Below, in pieces: positions 42,351 to 52,824 of a DNA stretch of 64,000 bases. A model generated the notes under the pieces. The model saw only the letters and a list, made by a program, of their open reading frames with translations. It ran no database searches and was not told where the DNA came from. Source of the stretch: Synechococcus sp. (lineage in GTDB: Bacteria > Cyanobacteriota > Cyanobacteriia > Thermostichales > PCC-7336); the NCBI GenBank assembly GCA_051439605.1, contig JBFRWN010000015.1:21378-85377 (forward strand), in the 5' to 3' direction. Made by a program: the position numbers and the translations under genes. Position 1 is the first letter of the stretch; every line of letters begins with the position of its first letter.

Positions 42351-44471
42351 CTATTCTTTCACAATGTGTGGAGTCATCAGCAGAACTACTTCCCTGCGAT
42401 CGCTTTCCGTACTTTCGTTCCTAAACAGAGCACCCAGAAGAGGAATATCACCCAAGATGGGTACTTTCTCAACAGTGACCAGATCTGTATCTTGAATCAG
42501 ACCCGACAGCACAAACGTTTGACCGTCACGCAAGCGAATTTGCTGGGTGTTGAGGGTTCTTTGACTGAGCAAAGTAATCGTGGTTAACCCTAGCTGTTCT
42601 TGGCTGGCGGGGGAAGAGACTTGAGGTGATAAGTCAAGACTGACAAAGCCGTTATCGTCAATCCGCACGTTACGGACTGACAAACTGACCCCAGCATTCC
42701 CAATAACTGCGGTCTCAGTGGTCAACAGTGTTGCTGGGTCGGTGGTGATTTCAACGTTTGTAATGACCTCATCACCAATTGCTATTGTGGTGAAGCCCCC
42801 ATCACTCACCAGCACTTTAGGATCGGCTAGAACTTTCGATCGATTGTCCTCAATCAGGAGATTAATGTTTATTCCTCCCTCCAAGGGCTCCACTCGACGA
42901 GAGTCGTAATCGAGAAATAATCCACCCGGACCAATAGTCCCCAGGAAGTTCCCAGCGTTAAAGAAAGAGTTGACATCGAGATCGAAGTCACTCCCAAGAT
43001 TGAAGTCGATCAGCTTGAAGTCAATTATCGCTTGGCGCTTGCGAATATCTAGCTGGGCAATTTTGGCACCAACGAGATCCAGTTGGTTGGGGGTACCAAC
43101 AGCCGTAACCGAGTTGGTACGAGTATCGCCGTAGAATTCGACCCCCTCAAAAGGCCCCCCTTCACCAGCTAGTTCTTCGAGGGTATTGAGGATGCCGACG
43201 ACTTCAATGTCCTCTCCCGTGACCGTGCCCACTTCACCAATAGACGGTTCCACTCCGCCAAAACCAAGGGTAGTGTCTTCCACATAGGCCTGGTTAAGAC
43301 GATAGGTCCTCAGAGTTTTTTGTTGCACCCCTGGAAGAGATTGGCCAATAAAGATAGTGCGGCCAACCCGTTCTGCCTGCAATTCGTTCAGCCTCAGCAC
43401 AGAGTTAAACACCGTTTGGAGAGGAGAATCTACCACGTCCAACGATACCGTTGAACCCGGAGGAACATCGTTTAGAACCACATCTAAACCAGCCCGTCTC
43501 ACCAGCAAGCTAAGAACGTCAGCGACAGGAGCCTCTTTTAGCGTCAGGGTAACGAGTTCTCGGCTACCGAGTTCCACCGAAGGTGCCATCAAAATGATGT
43601 CACCCGTAACAATGTCACCGACCGGCGGGGCAGCTGCAGTCGTCAACCGGTGGGTAGGGTTACTTTCCGTAATCGGAGTTGGCACGCTAGGGTCAGTGGA
43701 TGGCGTTGCAGCAATTTCAGGAGAAACAGAACCAGCAGCCGCATTGGGGTCAGCACTCTCATCAAATACCGAGGGGCCTGAACTCGAAGGCGCAGCTGCA
43801 CGATTGCGGTAGGTATCGATTGGGGACAGCAGACCGTTCTCAAGATAAACACCGCTCTCCGTCGGTTTGTTGAAGCTCTCTGCACCGCTCTGTGCTGGCG
43901 AGTGAGGGGCAGCAGCAGTTTCATTCTGAATACTGCTACCAGCATTTGGGGACGGTTGCGCTGTGGACGACTGTGGAGATTCTATGGACGGGACATTGGC
44001 GACCTCTTCTCGATCCTGCAATCCCTCAAAGTCAAAGATGAGCTGATTGTCCGTTCGTTCAGACAGAAGACCTTGAGGGGCATCTGCCCCCCCCGTGACG
44101 CGAATCTGGACGCTGTCCGATCCAGTTTGGCGGGCTTCAATTTCACTCACCCCGGGCACAGGATTGGGCTGCCTCAGTTGCTGTGAACCGTCAGGCAAGT
44201 CTAATGTAGCGTTGGCAATATTGCCCACCCAGGCATTCCCCTGCTGTGAAAAAATCACTTGGGGCTGACTGTCTCCTGACAAGGCGATCGCCAACCGGAC
44301 CGTATCACCCTCTTGAGTGAGGTCAATCGCTTGAATGGCTGTGGTTTGGCTAGCGCTATTGGCCGCTCTCGCGATCGGCATCCGAAACTGTGGAGCTAGA
44401 AAGCTCACAGCAGTCAACGGTAAACTCAACGCTAAACTTGCTGCTAGGCAACTTTGCAATCGACGTTGCAT
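42351..44471 (-). CDS. pilQ: Type IV pilus secretin with AMIN domain
   Basis: Signal peptide, AMIN-like N-terminus, RLRDGQTFVLSGLI, KVPILGDIPLLGALFR. Confidence 0.92.
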   Translation of the reverse strand: MQRRLQSCLAASLALSLPLTAVSFLAPQFRMPIARAANSASQTTAIQAIDLTQEGDTVRLAIALSGDSQPQVIFSQQGNAWVGNIANATLDLPDGSQQLRQPNPVPGVSEIEARQTGSDSVQIRVTGGADAPQGLLSERTDNQLIFDFEGLQDREEVANVPSIESPQSSTAQPSPNAGSSIQNETAAAPHSPAQSGAESFNKPTESGVYLENGLLSPIDTYRNRAAAPSSSGPSVFDESADPNAAAGSVSPEIAATPSTDPSVPTPITESNPTHRLTTAAAPPVGDIVTGDIILMAPSVELGSRELVTLTLKEAPVADVLSLLVRRAGLDVVLNDVPPGSTVSLDVVDSPLQTVFNSVLRLNELQAERVGRTIFIGQSLPGVQQKTLRTYRLNQAYVEDTTLGFGGVEPSIGEVGTVTGEDIEVVGILNTLEELAGEGGPFEGVEFYGDTRTNSVTAVGTPNQLDLVGAKIAQLDIRKRQAIIDFKLIDFNLGSDFDLDVNSFFNAGNFLGTIGPGGLFLDYDSRRVEPLEGGININLLIEDNRSKVLADPKVLVSDGGFTTIAIGDEVITNVEITTDPATLLTTETAVIGNAGVSLSVRNVRIDDNGFVSLDLSPQVSSPASQEQLGLTTITLLSQRTLNTQQIRLRDGQTFVLSGLIQDTDLVTVEKVPILGDIPLLGALFRNESTESDRREVVLLMTPHIVKE

Positions 44472-44692
44472 ACTCATCTCTTCACACCTCAAAAAATCAA
44501 TTGACTCGAACGGAGTCGTCACACCAGAAAAATGTTCTCTGTTTCCATCGCTCGTTCAATCCGAATCCTGACAATCTGGACATCTGAAAACCCATGAACA
44601 AACCATGAGATAGCAAAACCAAGAGATATGCAGATTGGGGAACAGATAGATTGAGAGATAGGCAGAAAGCTAGAACTAGGGAACCATTCGCA

Positions 44693-45400
44693 TTACTCCT
44701 GAGTAGGTTCTTCAGCTGCAGGAATCGCCACCGGAATTGAACTGTCGTAGACAAAGGCATCCAAATTAAACCGAGTGGTTTGGATCGCCGTTTCGCTATC
44801 GACATCCACGCTTAAATTGGAAACTTTAAATAGGGTTTCCAATCGTTCGATGTTGCCCATCAAGTCAATCCCCGACTGATACGACCCGCTGTTCACGGCA
44901 ATTTGGGTCGAGTTCTGAGTGATTTGGGGTTGAATTGACGCAGGGACATTAGACCCTGCAGGTTGAGGAGCACTGGGCACAAAACTAGAGAGTACGAGGT
45001 CACTTTGCTCAACCAGGCGACTGACTTCCAAAAGCTGAGTATTGACATTCTCTGGAGTGGGTAGCAAATCGCTAATGGCAGCATTCAAAGCCCTAGCGCG
45101 CTCGATTTGAGCATCTAAATCCTGCAAGCCTTCGATCTTCTGTTGGATGCTACTCAGTTGCGATTGCTTCGTTTTGAGCTCTTTTTCAATCGCATTCATC
45201 TGTTCAAAAGTGGGCTTTAGGGAGAAAAAGCTGAGAGCACCGACACCAATAATGCCAAGAGCACCGACGATTAACCCCATCCGCACTGGAGTGAGCTCTA
45301 GACCCAACACCGTAACAGTGGATTGCGCCCGATCGAGGGCTGCCAACTCTTCCGGAGAGGGAACATATTCCTCCTCACCATCAAATCCGCCGTAGGTCAT
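44693..45400 (-). CDS. pilO: Type IV pilus assembly protein PilO
   Basis: TM + coiled coil, NIERLETLFKVSNL; located between pilN and pilQ. Confidence 0.8.
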   Translation of the reverse strand: MTYGGFDGEEEYVPSPEELAALDRAQSTVTVLGLELTPVRMGLIVGALGIIGVGALSFFSLKPTFEQMNAIEKELKTKQSQLSSIQQKIEGLQDLDAQIERARALNAAISDLLPTPENVNTQLLEVSRLVEQSDLVLSSFVPSAPQPAGSNVPASIQPQITQNSTQIAVNSGSYQSGIDLMGNIERLETLFKVSNLSVDVDSETAIQTTRFNLDAFVYDSSIPVAIPAAEEPTQE

Positions 45401-46095
45401 CACTGCACCTCCAAATCGCGCAGAATCTCAATCTTTCGTACCAAACCACTGGAACCACTAGCGGCCAATGCATCCAGCAGTTCATCGAGTTTGCGAGCCG
45501 TCAACTGAAGCCGCAGCCGATAGTTGACCACGCTCGCCTCTGACCCTTCACCTTCCCCCAGGACTGCACTTTCAATTACGGCATTGGCCACTAATGGGGA
45601 TTGCAGCAATGTGAGTTGAAAGTCGTTAACGCTCTGAAATTGATTGGACTGCCCCTCAAGCGTCACGGTTTTGCCGCTCGCAGAGATTTTGGTCAGCCAG
45701 ATATCTGAGGGAGCTTGATTGCGAATGTCTTCCAGGATGGCAGACCAGGGTTGGACATCGTTGAAAAACGTCTTGAAGGCTTCTGTGCGAGCATCAATGC
45801 CCGCCAGTTCAGCTTGTAAGCGTTCTAACTGCTGTAATTCCGCTTCAGCACCGGCCAGCTCTTCATCGATCGTGACCTGTTCAGCTTTGAGGGTGTCTAA
45901 GCGACGACGAAACGTAAAGTCCGCCACTGCATAGGCCCCCAAAAGAATTAAAGAAATGACAACCCCAATCAAAATGGCGTTGACTCCCCCCAACAGGCCT
46001 CCTCCGACGCCGGAGCTTAAAGCAGAACGCTCGGTGGGGACTGGCCCCTGGTGTTCCTGTCGCTGCTTAAGAAAGTTAATTTCTGGAGTATGCAC
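45400..46095 (-). CDS. pilN: Type IV pilus assembly protein PilN
   Basis: EINFL motif, TM, coiled coil, PWSAILEDIR..P, VNDFQLTL. Confidence 0.9.
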   Translation of the reverse strand: MHTPEINFLKQRQEHQGPVPTERSALSSGVGGGLLGGVNAILIGVVISLILLGAYAVADFTFRRRLDTLKAEQVTIDEELAGAEAELQQLERLQAELAGIDARTEAFKTFFNDVQPWSAILEDIRNQAPSDIWLTKISASGKTVTLEGQSNQFQSVNDFQLTLLQSPLVANAVIESAVLGEGEGSEASVVNYRLRLQLTARKLDELLDALAASGSSGLVRKIEILRDLEVQ

Positions 46096-46109
46096 GGTAT
46101 TTTTCTCCG

Positions 46110-47204
46110 TTAGTTCTCCCGAAGGCCGAGCCCGACAGCCACCCCAAGGGAGGGCCGCTCTGCTTCAGAAATATCGATTGAGGATGGGATGGAGACCCCA
46201 CCCAGCGGGTTGGCTAGAATCACGGTTTGGCCCATCTGCTGGCCCATGAACACATCGATATCCCCCAATGTGGCCCCAGCTCCAGCCAGAAGAATTTGAA
46301 CCACCGGGGCACTGCCATCTTGACTGGCATAAAACTCGATGGAGCGCTGCAGTTCATCGGCGAGATCCACCAACACTCGGGCTACAGCAGAACTCCCCGG
46401 GTTTCCAGCAGGTCGTTCTCCTAAATCTACATCCACCAGAGGGAGCTTGATAGATTTCAGCAGATTATCGGCAGTAGACGCCGGAACGTTGAGTGCCTGC
46501 CCCAGCACCTCCTGCATTTGGGCGGTACCAATGCCGATTGTGCGCGTAAATTGGGGAATACCGGAGACAATAATGTCAATCTCAGTGGACTCGACACCAA
46601 TTGCCGCTAAAGCAACTGCCTCTTGGGGTCCAAATTGAACCAACTGATCTTGAATCGACCGGATAATGGCAAAGCTTGACAACTCAATGGATTTTGCCTC
46701 CAAGCCTGCCGCATTCAACACCTCAGCGTAGTTATCCACGATTTCTCGGGGGACAGCAACCAGCAGCACCTCCATTTCTTCTGTGCCATCTGGGGAAACT
46801 TGTATCCCGAGCGGCTGATAGTCAATATCGGCTTCATCCCGTGGAAATGGAATAAACAGCTCGGCTTCTTGATTGAGCACTGTATCTCTTAATTCATCCT
46901 CCTGAAGATCGGGGGGTAATCTGAGCAGCCTGACAATCGCCTCGCGTCCGGGGATAGCCCCAGCTGCAGCAGACTGTTTAATCCTGTTATCCCCCAGCAA
47001 CTGCCTAAGGGTGGAACCGACCGCGATTGGGTCGAGGACCCTGCCATCCTCCATGGCTCCGACAGGCATAGGTGTACTGGCATAGTTGGCAAGCTTGATG
47101 CCTGCCCCCTGCTGCTTCATTAGAACAACGGAAATCAGCTCGGGGGTTAAATCCACCCCCAACAGATTATTTCTACCGCCGCCAGAAAAGAGATTTTTGA
47201 ACAT
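46110..47204 (-). CDS. pilM: Type IV pilus assembly protein PilM
   Basis: LGVDL actin-like start, EAELFIPFP, EVLLVA, ELQRSIEFY, VAVGLGLR. Confidence 0.93.
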   Translation of the reverse strand: MFKNLFSGGGRNNLLGVDLTPELISVVLMKQQGAGIKLANYASTPMPVGAMEDGRVLDPIAVGSTLRQLLGDNRIKQSAAAGAIPGREAIVRLLRLPPDLQEDELRDTVLNQEAELFIPFPRDEADIDYQPLGIQVSPDGTEEMEVLLVAVPREIVDNYAEVLNAAGLEAKSIELSSFAIIRSIQDQLVQFGPQEAVALAAIGVESTEIDIIVSGIPQFTRTIGIGTAQMQEVLGQALNVPASTADNLLKSIKLPLVDVDLGERPAGNPGSSAVARVLVDLADELQRSIEFYASQDGSAPVVQILLAGAGATLGDIDVFMGQQMGQTVILANPLGGVSIPSSIDISEAERPSLGVAVGLGLREN

Positions 47205-47531
47205 ACTCTTGAGGGCAGATTTCTGACCTTAACACTACGGCTAGTGGAATAGTACCTAAATATGCGGAATGCAACCACTACATGTGCGAATTAAACACCT
47301 TGCATTGAAAACCAACATAGAGTAACGGGTTCAGGGTTCATCCTTGAACCCATTAGCTGGGATTTAAGGTTATCTTTAATTTTTATCTAGCCAAACACCT
47401 GTCGTCTGGAGATTGTTACTTGAGCTGATGTTTCATCACGAATGCAAGAAAAACCTAGATTTTTCTTAATACTTCCCTTGCAGGTTCCGTTTCTTAAGAC
47501 GCTTTAGCAATAGAAAGCGATAGAGCATGTC

Positions 47532-47933
47532 TCATCGTTCGAAGTTCGATATGACCCAGGATCGGTACAGAGACGGGTGCTGAGGAATCTGCCGTTGCAG
47601 ACAAGTCAAGCGAGGGTAGTACTTCAAAATCGCAATACCAACCACGCGATCTCGGTGAATGGGGCCAAACCTTCGGCTGTCAGAGCTGATTTCGAGATTG
47701 TCCCCTAGGACGTAATATTCGCTGTCATCTAATACGTAATCCATGTCCCAACAGACGATAGTCTCTCCAGGGACTGCGGCAACCCGCTTCAGGTACGTGC
47801 GACGGTCGTCACTAAACACGATCGCGTCCCCTAGTTTGGGTCGGGTGCAGTGCCAAACTAACAGGCGATCGCCGTCAGAAAAGAGGGGTAGCATGCTACC
47901 CCCCTGAACTCGATATCTAGAAACAATAGGCAT
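47532..47933 (-). CDS. sodX: Ni-SOD maturation protease (S26 family)
   Basis: VQGGSMLP, LKRV, LGDN..SSDSRRFG; directly downstream of sodN. Confidence 0.85.
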   Translation of the reverse strand: MPIVSRYRVQGGSMLPLFSDGDRLLVWHCTRPKLGDAIVFSDDRRTYLKRVAAVPGETIVCWDMDYVLDDSEYYVLGDNLEISSDSRRFGPIHRDRVVGIAILKYYPRLTCLQRQIPQHPSLYRSWVISNFER

Positions 47934-48014
47934 CGTGTTTGGAGTGGGCCGTAGAGGCCAAAAGCTCCGTAACTTGAGATTTAGGCGTCTTGCCTAAATG
48001 CAAGACAACCCAAA

Positions 48015-48482
48015 TTAAGCAGCTTTCGTGGCGCGGAAAATATCGCCAATTTCAGTCACCATGGACTTGAGCTGATTTGCAGCAGCTACATCGATGGTGC
48101 GCTTAACGGCGGAGCACTGCTTGGTGGCCTTGTGGATTTTCTCGGTTAGGTCAGGGTACTTCGCAAAGTGCTCGGGCTTGAAGTAGTCAGTCCAAAGGAT
48201 AAGCAACTCTTTCTTGCACTTCTGGGCGTACTCTTCGTTAACGCTAGTCATACGGCTAATGGTTTTGTCGTAAGCAACCTGAGCAGCAGAGTCACCTGCA
48301 GCAGGTGCTTCTAGAGCAGCTAGCTTTTCGTGCATTTTCACAACGGTTTCAGCAGCCCAGAACATAGAATCGGGCTCGTATACACCGCAGGGAACATCGC
48401 AGTGGGCGCTAGCAGCAGGCAGGGAGGAGCCATTTTCTAGGCGATTGACAATTGCTTTCCAGCTTTTGGAAACAAAATTCAC
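48015..48482 (-). CDS. sodN: Nickel superoxide dismutase precursor
   Basis: Leader followed by Ni-hook HCDVPCGVY; ELLILWTDYFKP. Confidence 0.95.
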   Translation of the reverse strand: MNFVSKSWKAIVNRLENGSSLPAASAHCDVPCGVYEPDSMFWAAETVVKMHEKLAALEAPAAGDSAAQVAYDKTISRMTSVNEEYAQKCKKELLILWTDYFKPEHFAKYPDLTEKIHKATKQCSAVKRTIDVAAANQLKSMVTEIGDIFRATKAA

Positions 48483-48753
48483 GGGTTATACCCTCGCTTT
48501 GTAAGAACGTTGGTTGAGTGATGGTTTGGACTGGATGAATCGTCGGTGGGTGTCCAATGCTACGACTGACACGGTAGCCGAGAATCCTGTCACGATCGGC
48601 ATTCTATCGCTAGGGATGGGTGGCAGCAATTACGTTTTGGGAGAGGGTAATGAATTGCTTGTTGCGGGTTCTCGGCGATCGACCGCTTTGTGGGTATGGC
48701 AAAGACGCCGGCTGAAAACTTTGGACGATCGTCGGCAGTTGATTGAAAGGAAC

Positions 48754-49296
48754 CTACTGCACTTTCAGCAAATGGCCCCGACATTTCCCACACCTGTGAC
48801 GCTGCAAATCAATGGAATTGCGCTGGCGGCGATAGACAGTACCGCATTGGCTACAATCCCAGCGATGTTTGGCATGGCGCTGCACCTCTGCCGTAAAACT
48901 ATGGCGCTGAGTAACAACGAACTCCGATTGCATGCGATTCACTTCAGCCATTTTGGTCTGAAACAGCACCCCATGGCCGTGCTTGAGATCTGCCAGATAA
49001 AGTGCCACCCAAGCGTGAATCATTTCGTGGGCTAGCGTTCCTAGTAAGTCTGGGTGAGGCCGATCGCCCAATAGCGGCCAAGACAGGCGAATTCCGCACT
49101 CCAATGCATCCCCTTGCCTCTTAGGTCGTTCCTTCCACCAAAACAATCCAGCCGATCGCGTCATCCGGCTCGACCAGGCCACCGGAATCGTTGGAATCTG
49201 GTTTTCAAACAGCTCGCGATTCAGTTGCCAGAATAAAGGATCGAGATCGGGCCGATGACGGAGTTGCTGAGCTTCAATGGCGGTAGTACCTGACAT
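48754..49296 (-). CDS. SprT-like metalloprotease with Zn ribbon
   Basis: WSSRMTRSAG, TLAHEMIH, HGVLF, CSQC...CGKC. Confidence 0.88.
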   Translation of the reverse strand: MSGTTAIEAQQLRHRPDLDPLFWQLNRELFENQIPTIPVAWSSRMTRSAGLFWWKERPKRQGDALECGIRLSWPLLGDRPHPDLLGTLAHEMIHAWVALYLADLKHGHGVLFQTKMAEVNRMQSEFVVTQRHSFTAEVQRHAKHRWDCSQCGTVYRRQRNSIDLQRHRCGKCRGHLLKVQ

Positions 49297-49344
49297 GTGC
49301 AATCTGCGCCCGTCCGTGCTTGTTACTAGGTTCACCAATCAATC

Positions 49345-50763
49345 ATGCCAAAGGTCAAATCAGAATGGGTGTGCAGTGAATGCGGCGATCGCTTTCCCCG
49401 CTCGTTAGGGCGCTGTACCAGCTGCGGAACCTGGGGCAGCTTGGTGGAACAAGTGGCAGAAACTGCCAGCGCAAAATCCCCACAGGCGCAGTTGCGCCAG
49501 AAAACCCGGAAAAGCGGGGTAAAGGCCACTGGCACGCCTTTAGCCGCCACACCTTTACTGCACATCGAACAAGACACGGTTACTCGTATCCCGTCAGGCT
49601 ACGGAGAATTCGATCGCGTCTTGGGGGGAGGAATCGTGCCGGGGTCGCTGGTCTTGATTGGGGGCGATCCTGGGGTGGGTAAATCGACGCTGCTGCTACA
49701 ATCCGCCAGCTATACCTCGCAGCAAGGGCGGGTGTTGTATGTCTGTGCCGAAGAATCGGGGCAACAGGTCAAACTGCGGGCCAGTCGATTGAATGTGGAT
49801 GGCAGCAATTTGCTGGTCTTACCCGAGACTGACCTGGATGCCATCTTGCTGGAGCTGGAAACCTTGCAGCCCCAAGTGGCTGTCATCGACAGTATTCAGG
49901 CCATTTTTTGGGGGGAGCTGAGTTCTGCGCCGGGGTCGGTGTCGCAGGTGCGGGAATGTACCAGCGCGCTGATGCGAATTGCCAAACAGCGGCACATTTC
50001 CCTGCTGATCGTCGGTCACGTTACCAAAGACGGGGCGATCGCGGGTCCTAAAGTGCTGGAGCACTTAGTCGATACAGTGCTGTATTTCGAGGGCGATCGC
50101 TTTCAGACCCATCGGTTGCTGCGATCGGTCAAAAACCGCTTTGGGGCCACCCAGGAGGTGGGGGTATTTGACATGGTGAACGCTGGTCTGAAAGAAGTGA
50201 CCAACCCCTCTGAGCTCTTTATTTCCAGCCGTAGCGATGTCACCCCCGGCACCGCCACAATTGTGGCCTGCGAAGGGACGCGACCGCTGGTGGTGGAGGT
50301 GCAGGCGTTGGTCAGCCCCACCAGCTACAGCTCCCCCAGACGCACCGGCACGGGGATAGAAACCAGTCGCTTTTTACAAATCTTGGCGGTGCTGGAAAAG
50401 CGGGTGGGCATTCCCCTCTCGAAGCTCGATGCCTACATTGCGTCGGCGGGGGGCATTAATGTCTCGGAGCCCGCTGTCGATCTGGGGATTGCAGTGGCGA
50501 TCGCCGCTAGCTTCAGGGATAGAACCGTTGACCCCCACACCGTCTTGATTGGGGAAGTGGGTTTGGGGGGGCAGGTGCGATCGGTCTCTCAACTAGAACA
50601 GCGTTTGAAGGAAGCCTCGAAGCTAGGATTTCGGCGGGCGATCGTCCCCAAGGGAAGAGTCCTGCAAAATTACGGTCTAGAGATTGTTCAAGTGAACCGC
50701 GTACTGGAAGCTCTAGTAGCCGCCCTTCCAGGGGCTGCAACTGACGATGAGCATGAACCATGA
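49345..50763 (+). CDS. radA: DNA repair protein RadA/Sms
   Basis: C4 Zn finger, GGDPGVGKST, KNRFG motif, Lon-like C-terminus. Confidence 0.97.
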   Translation: MPKVKSEWVCSECGDRFPRSLGRCTSCGTWGSLVEQVAETASAKSPQAQLRQKTRKSGVKATGTPLAATPLLHIEQDTVTRIPSGYGEFDRVLGGGIVPGSLVLIGGDPGVGKSTLLLQSASYTSQQGRVLYVCAEESGQQVKLRASRLNVDGSNLLVLPETDLDAILLELETLQPQVAVIDSIQAIFWGELSSAPGSVSQVRECTSALMRIAKQRHISLLIVGHVTKDGAIAGPKVLEHLVDTVLYFEGDRFQTHRLLRSVKNRFGATQEVGVFDMVNAGLKEVTNPSELFISSRSDVTPGTATIVACEGTRPLVVEVQALVSPTSYSSPRRTGTGIETSRFLQILAVLEKRVGIPLSKLDAYIASAGGINVSEPAVDLGIAVAIAASFRDRTVDPHTVLIGEVGLGGQVRSVSQLEQRLKEASKLGFRRAIVPKGRVLQNYGLEIVQVNRVLEALVAALPGAATDDEHEP

Positions 50764-50838
50764 GTCAGAAAGAGTGTTCTTCTGAACCCATCTCTCATTC
50801 CAGATTCTTTGAAAACATCAACTTTAAAAACATCAACT

Positions 50839-51909
50839 ATGAAAAACCTGTTCTTAACCCTTGGCATGACCCTTGCCTCTGCCAGTTTGATTGGCTGTGC
50901 CAATGAGGTTGCGACTAATGCCGTTTCGACTAACGAGGTTGCGGATGAGCGGGTTCTGAACCTATATTCGGCCAGACATTACGAAACCGACCAGACTCTT
51001 TACGACAATTTCACCGGGCAAACCGGCATTGAAATCAACTTGATTGAAGGAAAAGAAGACGAACTGCTCGAACGCCTCAAGAGTGAAGGGGACAACAGTC
51101 CCGCAGACCTATTCATTACGGTGGATGTAGGGCGTTTGTGGAAAGCAGATAGTGCCGGGCTGTTCCAGCCGGTTAAGTCTGATGCTCTAGAATCCGCGAT
51201 TCCTGACAACCTGCGCCATCCTGGCGGTCACTGGTTTGGCCTAACCCAGCGGGCCCGTGTCATTGTGTACAACCCCGAAACCGTCGATCCCTCCACAGAT
51301 CTATCCACCTACGAAGCGCTGACGGACCCCAAGTGGGAAGGTCGTGTCTGCATTCGCAGTTCTTCCAATATCTACAACCAATCCCTAATGGGTTCTCTGA
51401 TTACCAACCTCGGTCCCGAAGCGGCTTCTTAGTGGGCTGAAGGCATGGTGAACAACTTTGCTCGCGAACCGGAAGGTGGGGACACAGACCAGATTCGCGG
51501 TGTGGCTGCTGGTGTCTGCGATGTGGCGATCGCCAACCACTATTACTATGCTCGTTTGGTGAAGTCCGATAAACCCGAAGACCAATCGGTTGCCGCAGCA
51601 ACTGCGGTATTCTTCCCCAACCAGGGTGAGGGAGATCGCGGCACCCACGTGAATATCAGCGGCGCAGGCGTTCTGGCCCATGCCCCCCACCCCGATTCAG
51701 CCGTCGCATTCCTGGAGTACCTCATCACCCCCGAAGCCCAAGCCATCTTTGCCCGAGGCAACAACGAATATCCCGTTGTAGAAGGGGTTGAGGTAGACCT
51801 CGTGGTTGCCGAACTCGGTGACTTCAAAACCGATTCGGCTAGCATCAGCGATTTTGGCGAAAAGAACTCCGAAGCTCTGATTATTTTTGATGAAGCTGGC
51901 TGGAAATAG
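50839..51909 (+). pseudogene. futA: Fe(III) ABC transporter substrate-binding lipoprotein (FutA/IdiA family) with one in-frame TAG at 51430-51432
   Basis: Lipobox LIGC, NLYSARHY, RSSSNIYNQSL, GGDTDQIR, ANHYY, HVNISG, NNEYP; both ORF halves are in the same frame. Confidence 0.85.
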
Positions 51910-52076
51910 TCTCTACTTACGATTGAAGTGCTTGAACCCTATGAAGATGATCGAGAGCGCGCGCGGCACTCGGGCATCAGCGTCTCTTAAGTCAAACCCG
52001 GTATTCCCAGAGGCAGGCAGCAATTCGCGACACAATGCGATCGCTGTCTTGTCCTGTTTTGACAAAGGTTGTGCAG

Positions 52077-52676
52077 ATGTCTAGCACATGGCCCTACCGC
52101 ACCCCCGGCATTCCCGATCGCGAGTTCAACCGCATTCCCGGCATTCCCCTCAGCAGCCGAGAAGTGCGGGTGTTGCTGTTAAGCCAGTTACGGTTAAGGG
52201 AGCAGGGATGCCTGTGGGATATCGGCGCAGGTACGGGGACGATTGTGGTGGAGGCGGGATTGCTCTGTCCAGAGGCAACCATCTATGCGATCGAGCGTGA
52301 CGAGGATGTGATCGAGCTGATTCGCAGCAATTGCAAAAAGTTTGGGGTCACCAACGTCGAAATTGTCCAGGGCAGCGCTCCGGAATGTCTAAAAACTATC
52401 AAGCACAAGCCCGATCGCATTTGTTTGGAGGGGGGACGGGCGATCGGTCAGTTACTGGTGGATTGTTGGGGATATTTAGCCGTTCAGGGGCGCTTAGTGG
52501 CCACCGCAGGATCTTTGGAGGCGCTGTATGCATTATCTGAAGGGCTTTCGAAGGTGCAAGCACGACAAATTGAAGTGATTCAGTCAGCGGTCAATCGGTT
52601 GGAGACTAAAGGGTTAAGCCAGAAGCTCATCCCTCTCGATCCAGTGTTTTTGCTCAGCGGCGCAAAAGTGGACTGA
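52077..52676 (+). CDS. cbiT: Precorrin-6B C15-methyltransferase (decarboxylating)
   Basis: WPYRTPGIPD, REVR, WDIGAGTGT, AIER, GSAPE. Confidence 0.92.
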   Translation: MSSTWPYRTPGIPDREFNRIPGIPLSSREVRVLLLSQLRLREQGCLWDIGAGTGTIVVEAGLLCPEATIYAIERDEDVIELIRSNCKKFGVTNVEIVQGSAPECLKTIKHKPDRICLEGGRAIGQLLVDCWGYLAVQGRLVATAGSLEALYALSEGLSKVQARQIEVIQSAVNRLETKGLSQKLIPLDPVFLLSGAKVD

Positions 52677-52824
52677 GAAGCACAGTTGTCTAGACAGTCG
52701 CCATCACAGACAACAGTTGCGAGGAAACTGTCAACATCATCTGGGCCAGTCATTACCGGTAATGTTTGCACGTAGTGCCCAACAGCCGACTGCTGAAAAA
52801 TTTATCGCTTACAAAGACACGTAT

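Noticed and set aside
30879..51909. Pyrrolysine-type amber recoding linking the lysine mutase and the futA TAG
   Set aside because: KamA is not PylB, no pyl genes or tRNA-Pyl are present, and TAG is the normal stop for many genes here
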